This document shows positions 17,704-26,328 of a DNA stretch of 64,000 nt, piece by piece. Position 1 is the stretch's first letter. Each line of letters opens with the position of its first letter. Made by a program: the position numbers and the translations under genes. Source of the stretch: Halobacteriota archaeon (GTDB lineage Archaea > Halobacteriota > Bog-38 > Methanoflorentales > Methanoflorentaceae); contig JBEKER010000004.1 of assembly GCA_050013755.1 (NCBI GenBank), forward strand, positions 8,316-72,315, given 5' to 3'. The notes under the pieces were generated by a model that ran no database searches, had not been told where the DNA came from, and worked only from the letters and a program-made list of their open reading frames with translations.

Positions 17704-18497
17704 TGCCAAAGAGCACACAATATACACTGAAGGTGTTGGATCACTTCAAGAATCCGCGGAATGTCGGCACCCTCGAAGGCAAGGGTGTTGCCGTGGGACG
17801 GGTCGGAAACCCTGTATGCGGGGATTTGATGGACATCTACATCAAAGTCGACGATGACGGCAAGATCGAGGACATCAAGTTTAAGACGTTCGGGTGTGGT
17901 TCAGCAGTCGCAACGAGCAGTATGATTACCGAAATTGCAAAGGGAAAGACCCTCGATGAAGCAATGAAGATAACCCGACAAGATGTGGCTGACGAGCTCG
18001 AAGGGTTGCCCCCTATCAAGATGCACTGCTCCAACCTAGCCGCAGATGCGCTCCACGAGGCGATCAAAAACTTCCGGGAAGGGAAAAAAGGACCTATAGA
18101 GCTCGGTGAAACACGCTTCGCCTGCCCTGCCGGTGAGGTGAAGAACGTCATAGGCCTTGCGGAATTCGTGGGGAAAGGTGTATTCACTGGTTATGAGCAT
18201 CCTGAGCAGTTTCGTGACAAGCGCGTGCTGGTCGTGGAATTTGATCAAAACAGCGTTGAATTTGCGCTCGAATTAACGAAGGTAACAGGTCGGGTGATTT
18301 TATTGTCACCCTTGGAACAGCTCGCGGTGAATGATGAATTAAAGACTCAGGTAAAACGATCCGATATTAAACATTTGAAACAGGCAGAGCTTGTGGAAGT
18401 ATCCGGGGGTTCAGAGGTGGAAAAGGTGCGGATCCACGACCTTGACGAGGATGAAGAATATGACTTGGTTGTGGACGCCGTTGTGGTCCCTTCGTGA
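17703..18497 (+). CDS. iscU: IscU scaffold fused to a degenerate thioredoxin-reductase NADPH-domain-like module
   Basis: N-terminal 130 aa has NPVCGD, FGCGSAVATSS and MHCSNLA. The C-terminal ~130 aa follows the TrxR NADPH-domain pattern with the CxxC and GGGNSA motifs replaced (GYEHPEQF, VVEFDQNSVEFALEL). Confidence 0.85.
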   Translation: MPKSTQYTLKVLDHFKNPRNVGTLEGKGVAVGRVGNPVCGDLMDIYIKVDDDGKIEDIKFKTFGCGSAVATSSMITEIAKGKTLDEAMKITRQDVADELEGLPPIKMHCSNLAADALHEAIKNFREGKKGPIELGETRFACPAGEVKNVIGLAEFVGKGVFTGYEHPEQFRDKRVLVVEFDQNSVEFALELTKVTGRVILLSPLEQLAVNDELKTQVKRSDIKHLKQAELVEVSGGSEVEKVRIHDLDEDEEYDLVVDAVVVPS

Positions 18498-18506
18498 ACT
18501 ATCGTT

Positions 18507-18534
18507 GAATAAAGGCGATTTATTCCTCTTTTTT
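18507..18534 (+). terminator. hairpin plus T-run after iscU
   Basis: GAATAAA-GGCGA-TTTATTC followed by CTCTTTTTT, 10 nt after the stop. Confidence 0.45.
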
Positions 18535-19049
18535 AACAGCTCTTTGGAACTTCGGGCAGCCTACAAGTGATACGTCGGGCTTTGAGATAGTTAAGAAGAA
18601 ATCTCGTAGATTCTTTGTTCCTTTTTTCGATTTCCTTTGATTTCTAGCCGGTTTTTCTCGATGCCCCCCCCCTCAAAAAAATGCGGTGGGTCAACAAACT
18701 GCCATGGCTAAATCGCAAGAAGTGGTTGTTCACGACCAACAAGGAGACACGCGCGACCAAGCGGGCGATGGCTTGAACGATGTGGCGCAGTGCGTTGAGC
18801 AATATAGAAGCCCACACGGCGCTGTCGCCGGCTGGCGGATAGTTCCACTTCCATTCCGAAAGATCTCGCAACAGGTCCGGGCCATAAATACCCTGGAGCG
18901 TTGCGACCTGCCTTAAGCGACTCGGAGAGTGCATTTATCTGCACGTAGAAGGTCAATGGTGCGGGCAGTCTGTGTAAACTCAGTTTAGGAGCCATGCCGC
19001 TCTCTCCCCCCTTGTGCGCAGCACACATTTGGACGGATGTACGTCAGCG

Positions 19050-20126
19050 CTAGACGTCCCGGTGCGGTACAAGATCGCAGCCAGTACACGGCGCGCACAT
19101 CGTTTGCGCTACGTCAGCCCGCAACTCGTGTTTGTCTAGCAGTTCGCGTTCCTTTCGCGCTAATCGCAAGAGTCGTTCTGCGTCCGGTCGTCGCATGCCT
19201 GTTTGCGAGCGCAAGGGATGCTCGACAACTGCTCTGAGGATGGGGATCACGCCTATTCCAGTAAGTTCTTCCATGCCGTTGATGATCGTGTCGTCATCCT
19301 CTCCCAACCCGACGAGGATATTGGAAAAGACTTTGTTTCGGCCGAAGACCTCTACAGCGTCCTTGAGGGCTTCCATAATGAATTCAAGTGAAAGCTCTGG
19401 ACACATCGTCTTGAAGAGCAGACGATCCATCGTCTCCACGTTGTACTTTAGCTCGTCGGCTCCAGCGTCCTTCAATAGCTTTGTGGAGTTCTCGGTAGGA
19501 TAGACGGACACGCCGATGGGGAGATCGTACTTCGCCCTTAAGGCGCGAACGATAGCTGCGATTCTTTCAACTTCGCGCTCTGGTGACTCTTCGACACCGG
19601 AAGTCAACGCTATGGCTCTTAATTTATGAGCGAGCTTTGGATCGGCGAGAATTCTTGCTATCGCCGTTTCAACATCGCTCTGGTCTTTTACCGAACCTCC
19701 CAAAAGTGGCACCGGGCAGTACTGGCAGTCGAATATACACACCTCGCTTACCGTGATATACGCTTGTTCAGGGCAATGGGCAATGGCATCCTCAAGATAC
19801 CCGCGGACGATCTCTTTTTCGTGGTCGCGAATGACCACTTCATCTCCTTCAAGCGATGCCTTGAGACGGGAGCTGTGTTTTATTCCCAGGCGCACCCGGT
19901 GACCGTTAAATCGAAAGAAAAAAGACGTGAGTCCGGCACCAGGCCCGGACGCAGGAGTCGTAATGCGCCCAAGTATGCCCTCATCAATGTCCACGCTTCC
20001 CTCTGCAATAAGGAAAGCTTTCGTCTCCGCACTCTTATCCATCGTTTGTGCCCTCATTTGTGCCTTTGACCAGCCGCCCGCTGCAATGACGCGCGCAAGT
20101 TGTCCCCGTTTAATTGCCTTATTCAT
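19050..20126 (-). CDS. radical SAM enzyme (BioB/LipA-like core) with ~110-aa N-terminal domain and C-terminal CxxCxxC
   Basis: CIFDCQYC (Cx3Cx2C), NILVGLGEDDDT (BioB-like GxGE), C-terminal MCAPCTGCD; N-terminal TTPASGPGAGLTSFFFRFNGHRVRL domain not recognised. Confidence 0.8.
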   Translation of the reverse strand: MNKAIKRGQLARVIAAGGWSKAQMRAQTMDKSAETKAFLIAEGSVDIDEGILGRITTPASGPGAGLTSFFFRFNGHRVRLGIKHSSRLKASLEGDEVVIRDHEKEIVRGYLEDAIAHCPEQAYITVSEVCIFDCQYCPVPLLGGSVKDQSDVETAIARILADPKLAHKLRAIALTSGVEESPEREVERIAAIVRALRAKYDLPIGVSVYPTENSTKLLKDAGADELKYNVETMDRLLFKTMCPELSLEFIMEALKDAVEVFGRNKVFSNILVGLGEDDDTIINGMEELTGIGVIPILRAVVEHPLRSQTGMRRPDAERLLRLARKERELLDKHELRADVAQTMCAPCTGCDLVPHRDV

Positions 20127-20354
20127 TGTGCGCCGTGAGTCGAGGAGCCATCGACTTGCGCAGAGGCTGTGCAGTTACCTGTCACTGTGATTACCGTCAT
20201 CGTCACAGCGAGGATGTCGGCTGGCCTTCGTCATCACGTCTGCTCAAATTGTAAAAAGGTACTCGTGCATTGGAATATATATTTGCTAAGTTCTTTACAA
20301 GAATTGTTATCATCTGTAGCATTATATCAAGATCGTGTCGAGTGCAACTAGATA

Positions 20355-21218
20355 ATGTCAATCCGACTCACCAAAGAAACAGCGGGAAACTGCGCCCTTC
20401 AAGATATTGAACTTGAAAGGATCGTAGCATACATGCGCTCGCATGGCAGTGCAGTGATAGCCTTTTCAGGCGGAGCTGATAGCTCGGTCGTTGCTGCGCT
20501 TGCCAAACGGGCTTTCGGAGATGCAACAGTGGCCGTAACGATAGACAACGGTGCGCTTCATCACGGCGAGGTCGAGCACGCGGCTGCGATCGCCAACGAG
20601 ATCGGCATTCGCCACATTGTGATCACCCTCGATCCGTTGACTGTATTCGAAGTGAAGCAGAACGATCCTGAACGATGTTACTTCTGCAAGAAGTTGGTCT
20701 TTGGCGCGCTGCGCGACCTAGCTGAGGACCTACACTTCACTGCGGTCATGGACGGCACAAATGCGTCTGATCTTAATGGCTACAGACCCGGCCTGAAAGC
20801 TCTGCGAGAACTCGGCGTCGTGTCGCCGTTGCTCGATCTCACCAAAGATGAAGTGAGAAGCCTTGCGCGCAGACTCGGCTTATCGAACGCTGACGCGCCG
20901 TCCGTCGCTTGTCTCCTCACCTCATTTCCTTACGGCACGATTATGACGGGCGAGAGAATTGAAAGGCTTAGAGACGCTGAACGTGCGTTAAAGACGATTG
21001 GCATCACGCAAGTGAAAATCAGAGATCACGATCACTTCGCTCGCATTGAAGTGGACAGGGAAGAGGCCGGCAAGGTCCTCACGCATTCGTCTACTATAAC
21101 CAATAAGCTCTTGGAGCTTGGGTTTACCTACGTTACTTTGGATCTCCAGTGGCTGCGGTCAGGCAGCATGGACATTGCGCTGTGTTCCGGAAGAAAAAAG
21201 TCAGCAAATGACCGTTGA
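20355..21218 (+). CDS. LarE-like PP-loop ATP pyrophosphatase / sulfur transferase (three-cysteine type)
   Basis: SGGADSS PP-loop, NDPERCYFCKK, GTNASDLNGYRPG, SPLLDLTKDEVR, PSVACLLTSFPYG, ARIEV: the order matches my recollection of the TIGR00268/LarE family. Confidence 0.8.
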   Translation: MSIRLTKETAGNCALQDIELERIVAYMRSHGSAVIAFSGGADSSVVAALAKRAFGDATVAVTIDNGALHHGEVEHAAAIANEIGIRHIVITLDPLTVFEVKQNDPERCYFCKKLVFGALRDLAEDLHFTAVMDGTNASDLNGYRPGLKALRELGVVSPLLDLTKDEVRSLARRLGLSNADAPSVACLLTSFPYGTIMTGERIERLRDAERALKTIGITQVKIRDHDHFARIEVDREEAGKVLTHSSTITNKLLELGFTYVTLDLQWLRSGSMDIALCSGRKKSANDR

Positions 21219-21247
21219 CCGGCGCTTGCCGGGCGTCGGATTCATCA

Positions 21248-21862
21248 TTACAAAATCCGTATGTCCTCTAATCGGACGTGAATACCAGCTCGTTTCTTTA
21301 GTACCATGTTAACAACTGCGGTATGCGAGAGATTGAGCATGCAGTATCCAGGCAAGAAGCGTTGTCTCTTCCCAATAACCGGTGCGTGGTGAATGACCTC
21401 CGCAATACCCTCGAACGCGTGCACGTTATAGGCTTGAACGTCGTGTGACTTTTCTTTTCGAGCAGCAAGCGGGCCCAGCGTATGGCACTCGAGAACTCCT
21501 GTTATGGGATTTGCGGAGAGAACGCGGAGAGCGTGATACAACGGACATCCTGGACCGGCGGGACGACCAGTCACGAGGTCTCCTGCTGTAATGTTCCAGC
21601 GCTCCACCAAATCGGCGCGAAACGGAACGATGAATTTGCGCGCCGAGGGCTCGCCCGGCAAAGGGCGGAGCACGAAATCGTACTCATTCCCTAGCACGTC
21701 AGTCCCAGAGTAGCTTGGAGCTTCCCTTCGCACGCCCGCATCTATTTCGTAGTAAGGACAATCTTTGTACGATTTTTCTCCCGCGCGCACGTGCAAAAGA
21801 AATTGCTCGCACGTGGCCGTTCCGCAGGCTCCACAGTCTTTTCCGGCCGGCACCCAGGCCAC
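21248..21862 (-). CDS. Fe-S protein with N-terminal PF04060-type 4Fe-4S motif and unknown C-terminal domain
   Basis: DCGACGTATCEQF-(x)-DCP = Cx2Cx4Cx16C, as in the RnfB and CFeSP N-termini; remaining ~160 aa unrecognised; 2-nt gap from the upstream GTPase gene. Confidence 0.7.
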   Translation of the reverse strand: MAWVPAGKDCGACGTATCEQFLLHVRAGEKSYKDCPYYEIDAGVRREAPSYSGTDVLGNEYDFVLRPLPGEPSARKFIVPFRADLVERWNITAGDLVTGRPAGPGCPLYHALRVLSANPITGVLECHTLGPLAARKEKSHDVQAYNVHAFEGIAEVIHHAPVIGKRQRFLPGYCMLNLSHTAVVNMVLKKRAGIHVRLEDIRIL

Positions 21863-21864
21863 GC

Positions 21865-22572
21865 TTAGTCACCCCGATAAATATTATCGGCCTCCTCGAG
21901 CGGCCGTATCACGCCAAAATGGTGCTGCCATCCGATTTCCTTCTTCCCGACGCAGATGGTACAGACTCCAAGCGGAGGTGACCCGCGTAGGACGATTTGC
22001 GCGGCGTCGCTAAGATCAGGATATGCTGCGAGCGCTTTCATCAGATACCGCATACCCGTGCCCTGTGTCGCATTGGTTTCAATAATGTCGATTGAGAGGG
22101 CGACCTCCTTAATGTATTCGCGAAAAACTTCCTTCTCGGCCTGCGAAACGAGGTCAGTCTTCGTGACAACGGCCATGTCGGCCTGAGCAATCATCGGCGC
22201 CATTTTCAAAGGTGAGTTGCTTCCCGAGACTGCTGAAAGAACAGCGATACCGAATGACTGGGTCGTGTAGGGGGTGCATCGAAGACAGAGACCAGCGCTC
22301 TCGATGATGAGAAGGCCCGATCCTAAGTTCTGCGCCCACGAAATAGCGTCTTGGAGCACCATAATGCCCGCGTGATCCGGGCACAGGTCACCGGAGTACA
22401 CCTTGCGCGTCGGAATCCCAAATTCTTCTCTGAGCTCCTCGTCTTCAAACGCGCGAACGACGTCGATTTTCACATAAGCCGGATTGCTGCTCTCGCGAAA
22501 TTCACGGATGATCTGCCGAACGACCGCAGTCTTCCCGACGCTGGCGGGTCCCGCGATTATGGCGAGTTTCAC
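21865..22572 (-). CDS. G3E-family (UreG/HypB-like) metallochaperone GTPase with CxxC tail
   Basis: Walker A GPASVGKT, metal motif LCPDH (compare the UreG CPH motif), ExxG IIESAG, NKxD-like TKTD; C-terminal extension with CTIC. Confidence 0.8.
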   Translation of the reverse strand: MKLAIIAGPASVGKTAVVRQIIREFRESSNPAYVKIDVVRAFEDEELREEFGIPTRKVYSGDLCPDHAGIMVLQDAISWAQNLGSGLLIIESAGLCLRCTPYTTQSFGIAVLSAVSGSNSPLKMAPMIAQADMAVVTKTDLVSQAEKEVFREYIKEVALSIDIIETNATQGTGMRYLMKALAAYPDLSDAAQIVLRGSPPLGVCTICVGKKEIGWQHHFGVIRPLEEADNIYRGD

Positions 22573-23375
22573 GCCAGTACCCCTATCTCCTCGTCTATTG
22601 CGTCTTCTTCACCGATTAAATCTCCAGATCTGATTCTCTCGCGGAGGTCCCAGAGCAGATCATCGATCTCAGAAACACGTGCAATCGTCGCCCTCTCTCG
22701 TTCGCGAGGTTCAAGCACTTTGACTACAGCTCCATTGCTCATCACAATCCGCCGGTCCGTGCTCAGGGCGAGATAGGGATCGTGCGTCACGAAGATGACC
22801 GTTTTCCTGCACTCCTTTATGCACGAAATGACGCGTTCCTTGAAGATACCCGCGTTTTCCACTTCATCGAGGAGTAAGATCGGGGTCCTTCCGATGAGAA
22901 TCGCATCCGCGATCAGAAGCGCACGCGTCTGCCCCCCTGACAGGGCGGTCATGCGCATGGCCCCGGTAATCTGCTCTCCTGTGAACTCATTTGCTAGCCC
23001 AATCGTATTTTCAACGAGGTCTTTGATGTGCGTTTGCTTGCGCGCTTCGATGTGTAGCTCCAGAAAACGTGACACGTCCAGATCTGCAATCACACGCGTG
23101 CTCTGCGTAATAAGTGCAATCGGTTTTTTCGACGGATCTCGAGCCATCTCATCAGAAGGAGGAACGCCATTTACGAGAATACACCGGCCCGTAACCGTAT
23201 CAGCCTGCGCCAGCACTTCGATATCATTTATGAATGCCGATTTTCCAGACCCGGTTGGCCCCACGATCGAGAGGGTATCCCCAGGGCGGATGACTATTTG
23301 GTCAAACCCTTCTCTTTTGCCATTGCGGTTGGTTCCCGGGAGGACGGTAATTTCACTCATCTGATCACGGTGCAT
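22569..23375 (-). CDS. soluble ABC-type ATPase without a cognate permease
   Basis: GPTGSGKS, LSGGQ, ILLLDE, VTHD; acidic C-terminal tail; ATGA overlap with the GTPase gene; no membrane subunit gene nearby. Confidence 0.85.
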   Translation of the reverse strand: MHRDQMSEITVLPGTNRNGKREGFDQIVIRPGDTLSIVGPTGSGKSAFINDIEVLAQADTVTGRCILVNGVPPSDEMARDPSKKPIALITQSTRVIADLDVSRFLELHIEARKQTHIKDLVENTIGLANEFTGEQITGAMRMTALSGGQTRALLIADAILIGRTPILLLDEVENAGIFKERVISCIKECRKTVIFVTHDPYLALSTDRRIVMSNGAVVKVLEPRERERATIARVSEIDDLLWDLRERIRSGDLIGEEDAIDEEIGVLA

Positions 23376-23966
23376 ACATAACTCTTCATCTGGTGCCTAC
23401 AAATAAGTTTCGAAAGAGACAAAAAGTTATCCTCTAAGTAATAGAAATAATTATGATTTAACCTATTAAGGGAAAAAAGTAAGCAGAACGGATATGCGAA
23501 ACTAGGTTCGAAGCCAGTTTTAAGGCATTAGGAAGAAGGAATATGCTAGGCAGGACTAAGAATCACAGGAATTCGAGTATCCGCTTCCAGATAATCGGCA
23601 TGCGCGACCAGAAGGCGGTCGGCGGAAGAAAATCTGTTTGCTCTCACTCGCTTAGACGAGGTAGTTTCGCTCACTATTATTATGCATCAGGTGCCATTGA
23701 TTCGCGTGGGTTCACAAGCGTTTTCCACGGAAACTAGAGTGAGATCTGTTGTTTCTAAAATGCCGAAAGCGGACGATGCGCTATTCAAAGCACCGACGAG
23801 CCCTTTTTTCGTAAATCAGCTCGGGATAACTTGGTCTCGTTGCTCATGCTGCGATTTGATATCCAATGCTCTTCTTATGACTCGACGTCACAATTTCGTA
23901 ATTGTTCCGCTGATTTCCAATTCATTGTGACCAAAGGCGTAAATGTGAGCATGCACGTCTTAGAAA

Positions 23967-24953
23967 ATGCGATTAAGCAAGCGGAGGCGGATTTTGATAA
24001 AGGAAGATAATCATCTCGTACTCAGAATCGGGCATCTTCCCACTTTGTACCATACTTCGTTCCTCCTTATGGGTACAGCCCTGCTGAAGAATAATGACGT
24101 TGAGGCCGAGTGGACACTTTTCCCATCGGGCCCCGATCTTGTGAATGCCATGCGCGATGGACACCTCGACATCGGCTACGTCGGGCTTCCACCCGCTATC
24201 ATTGGCGTTGACAAAGGTACTAGGCTTATATGCATCGCTGGAGGGCACATTGAAGGAACTTTGATGGTCGGGGGAGAAGGTGTGAGAACGGTTGATCAGT
24301 GCAGGAGCATGCCAGCGTTTCTCAGCCAGTTTTCGGGGACAGCCATAGGCTGTCCACCACGGGGCTCGATTCACGATGTTATTGTCAACGAATTGCTGAA
24401 AGAGTATCATATCGAGGATGTCCATGTGAACAATTATGCTTGGGCGGATTTTCTTCCCGATGCGCTCGTGGAAGCTGAAATAGCAGCGGCTGCAGGCACG
24501 CCTGCCCTCGCCGTAGCAGCTCGGAGGTACTATGGGGCACACACGATAATGCCCCCCGCACGATTATGGCCCTTTAACCCAAGCTACGGAATTGTGGCAA
24601 TGAGAGACGATTTGGCTCGTCACGCGGATGTTCTCCGGAGGTTTCTCGTCGCTCACGAGATTGCGTGTGAGATGATTAGGCATCACCCGGGCAAATGCGC
24701 GCGCATCGTTGCTCGAACGACAGGGGTGGTGGATGCAGCTTTTGTGGCGGAAGCGTATCAGATCTCTCCAAAGTATTGCGCTTCTTTGCCTCCGGAATAC
24801 GTTTCATCGACGATGAAGTTCGTGAACGCGCTTGAAGCGTTCGGGTACATCTCGAGGCGAATGAGTGAGAGGGAGATTTTCGACGTATCGCTTATTAATG
24901 AGGTGCATACGGCGCCGCCACACTACGAGTGTGGGCTACAAGAGGCTTTGTAG
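23967..24953 (+). CDS. NMT1/THI5/SsuA-like periplasmic-binding-fold protein lacking a signal peptide
   Basis: LRIGHLPTLYHTSFLL..., PSGPDLVNAMRDGHLDIGYVGLPPAI is typical of the NMT1/SsuA fold; the N-terminus MRLSKRRRILIKEDNH has no hydrophobic h-region or lipobox. Confidence 0.6.
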   Translation: MRLSKRRRILIKEDNHLVLRIGHLPTLYHTSFLLMGTALLKNNDVEAEWTLFPSGPDLVNAMRDGHLDIGYVGLPPAIIGVDKGTRLICIAGGHIEGTLMVGGEGVRTVDQCRSMPAFLSQFSGTAIGCPPRGSIHDVIVNELLKEYHIEDVHVNNYAWADFLPDALVEAEIAAAAGTPALAVAARRYYGAHTIMPPARLWPFNPSYGIVAMRDDLARHADVLRRFLVAHEIACEMIRHHPGKCARIVARTTGVVDAAFVAEAYQISPKYCASLPPEYVSSTMKFVNALEAFGYISRRMSEREIFDVSLINEVHTAPPHYECGLQEAL

Positions 24954-25020
24954 TACGCCCGGAAAAATGCGAAATGCGCACAACGCAGTGGGATCCCTCT
25001 GGCGCATAGAGCAATCGTCC

Positions 25021-26097
25021 TTACCTGGCTACGTATCGAGCGTAAATGCTCTTGGCAGCTTCTGGATCGCGCGTACCCTTGATTATTGCGCGGCCGTCAC
25101 GGAAAAGGGTCATCTCGAAGTCGGTATGCGGGTCTTTGAACAGCAGAGTGTACTCGTTATGCTTAACCCGCCCGATCCGGTCGAGACTGCCGGCAAGCTC
25201 CGCTAATTTGATGGTGGCTTCTCGGGCTGGGGTAATCTGAACGGCATCGCGACCACAGAGTGTTGTGATCTTATCGCCCTTTTTGGCGTCCAAGAACTCA
25301 AATTGCGACTCGACACAGCATCGGCAGGAGGGATCCTTTACAACGTTCATTTTTTGCAGGGTTTGCTCCCAGACGTCATATATGATAAGTTTTGTATCGG
25401 TCGCCTGTTTGCCCAACAAGATCCTAATAGCTTCCGTGGTGGCAATTGATGCGATGATGGGGGGTATAGTATTGAGCACCCCGGCCAGATCGCACGTTTG
25501 GAGAACTCCTTGGGGCGGAATGTTTGGGATGAAACATCGTAGGCAAGGGGTTGCGCGAGGGATAATCGGCATCACCATCCCGTGAGTTCCAACCGCCCCG
25601 CAGTATACCCACGGGATTTCGTGCTTGGTGCAGACATCATTCACCAAAAAGCGCGTCTCCATATTGTCGGTGCCATCGACGATCAGATCCGAATGTCCGA
25701 GGATGTCTTCCGCATTGTTGAAGTTGAGATCCTTAATGATGTCGTGGACGACAATGTCTGAGTTTGCGTGTCTCACCTTCTCAGAAGCCACGAGCGCTTT
25801 AGGCAAGTCGAGGTCTCGCTCGTCAAACAAGACCTGTCGCTGGAGGTTCGTCAGCTCTACGAAGTCCCTGTCGATGACGGTCAGCTCACCGACGCCTGTC
25901 CGCGCCAATAAGTTAAGGACTATCGAGCCAGTGGCTCCGCATCCCACTACCGAAACGCTGCTGTTCTGCAGTGCGGACTGGCCCTCAGTCCCGATCTCGG
26001 GGAGAATCAGTTGTCTTGAATAGCGCGCATACTCGTGCCTGGTACTCACTACGGAGAAGTTAGCGTTGACGAGCTTATGGCAATCGTTAGGTGCCAT
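25021..26097 (-). CDS. long-form ThiF/MoeB-family E1-like adenylyltransferase
   Basis: RYSRQLILPEIG, VVGCGATGS, Zn cysteines PCLRC and CRCC, C-terminal LCGRDAVQI...TLFRDGRAIIKGT extension as in Bacillus ThiF/MoeB; start chosen at ATG 26097 (ORF open to 26289). Confidence 0.85.
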   Translation of the reverse strand: MAPNDCHKLVNANFSVVSTRHEYARYSRQLILPEIGTEGQSALQNSSVSVVGCGATGSIVLNLLARTGVGELTVIDRDFVELTNLQRQVLFDERDLDLPKALVASEKVRHANSDIVVHDIIKDLNFNNAEDILGHSDLIVDGTDNMETRFLVNDVCTKHEIPWVYCGAVGTHGMVMPIIPRATPCLRCFIPNIPPQGVLQTCDLAGVLNTIPPIIASIATTEAIRILLGKQATDTKLIIYDVWEQTLQKMNVVKDPSCRCCVESQFEFLDAKKGDKITTLCGRDAVQITPAREATIKLAELAGSLDRIGRVKHNEYTLLFKDPHTDFEMTLFRDGRAIIKGTRDPEAAKSIYARYVAR

Positions 26098-26328
26098 TTT
26101 TGCCCCAACCGCAAGGATTAAGTCCAATACTTTGCTGCGCGAGCTAGGTCGAGGTTGGTTAGAAATGCCTTGCCTGAGCGGCGTGGTCTGGTAGCCATGC
26201 ATCGAACCGTAATCATGGGCTTGCGAAGCTACGTTCTTTATTGCAAGAGGTGAGACCTTTGCAAGCGTGGTGCAGAGCCTTCTGTTCAACCCGTCTGCGC
26301 TCTCATTCTCTGTGCGACTGAATGCGGT

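Noticed and set aside
23690-23800. TPP-riboswitch-like fragments (GGTGCC..., GTGAGA, AAAATGCCGAAAGCG) upstream of the NMT1/THI5-like gene
   Set aside because: The ACCC/GGGG P2 pairing, the CCUGA element and the CUGG...CCAG P5 hairpin are all absent. The similarity is limited to short words.
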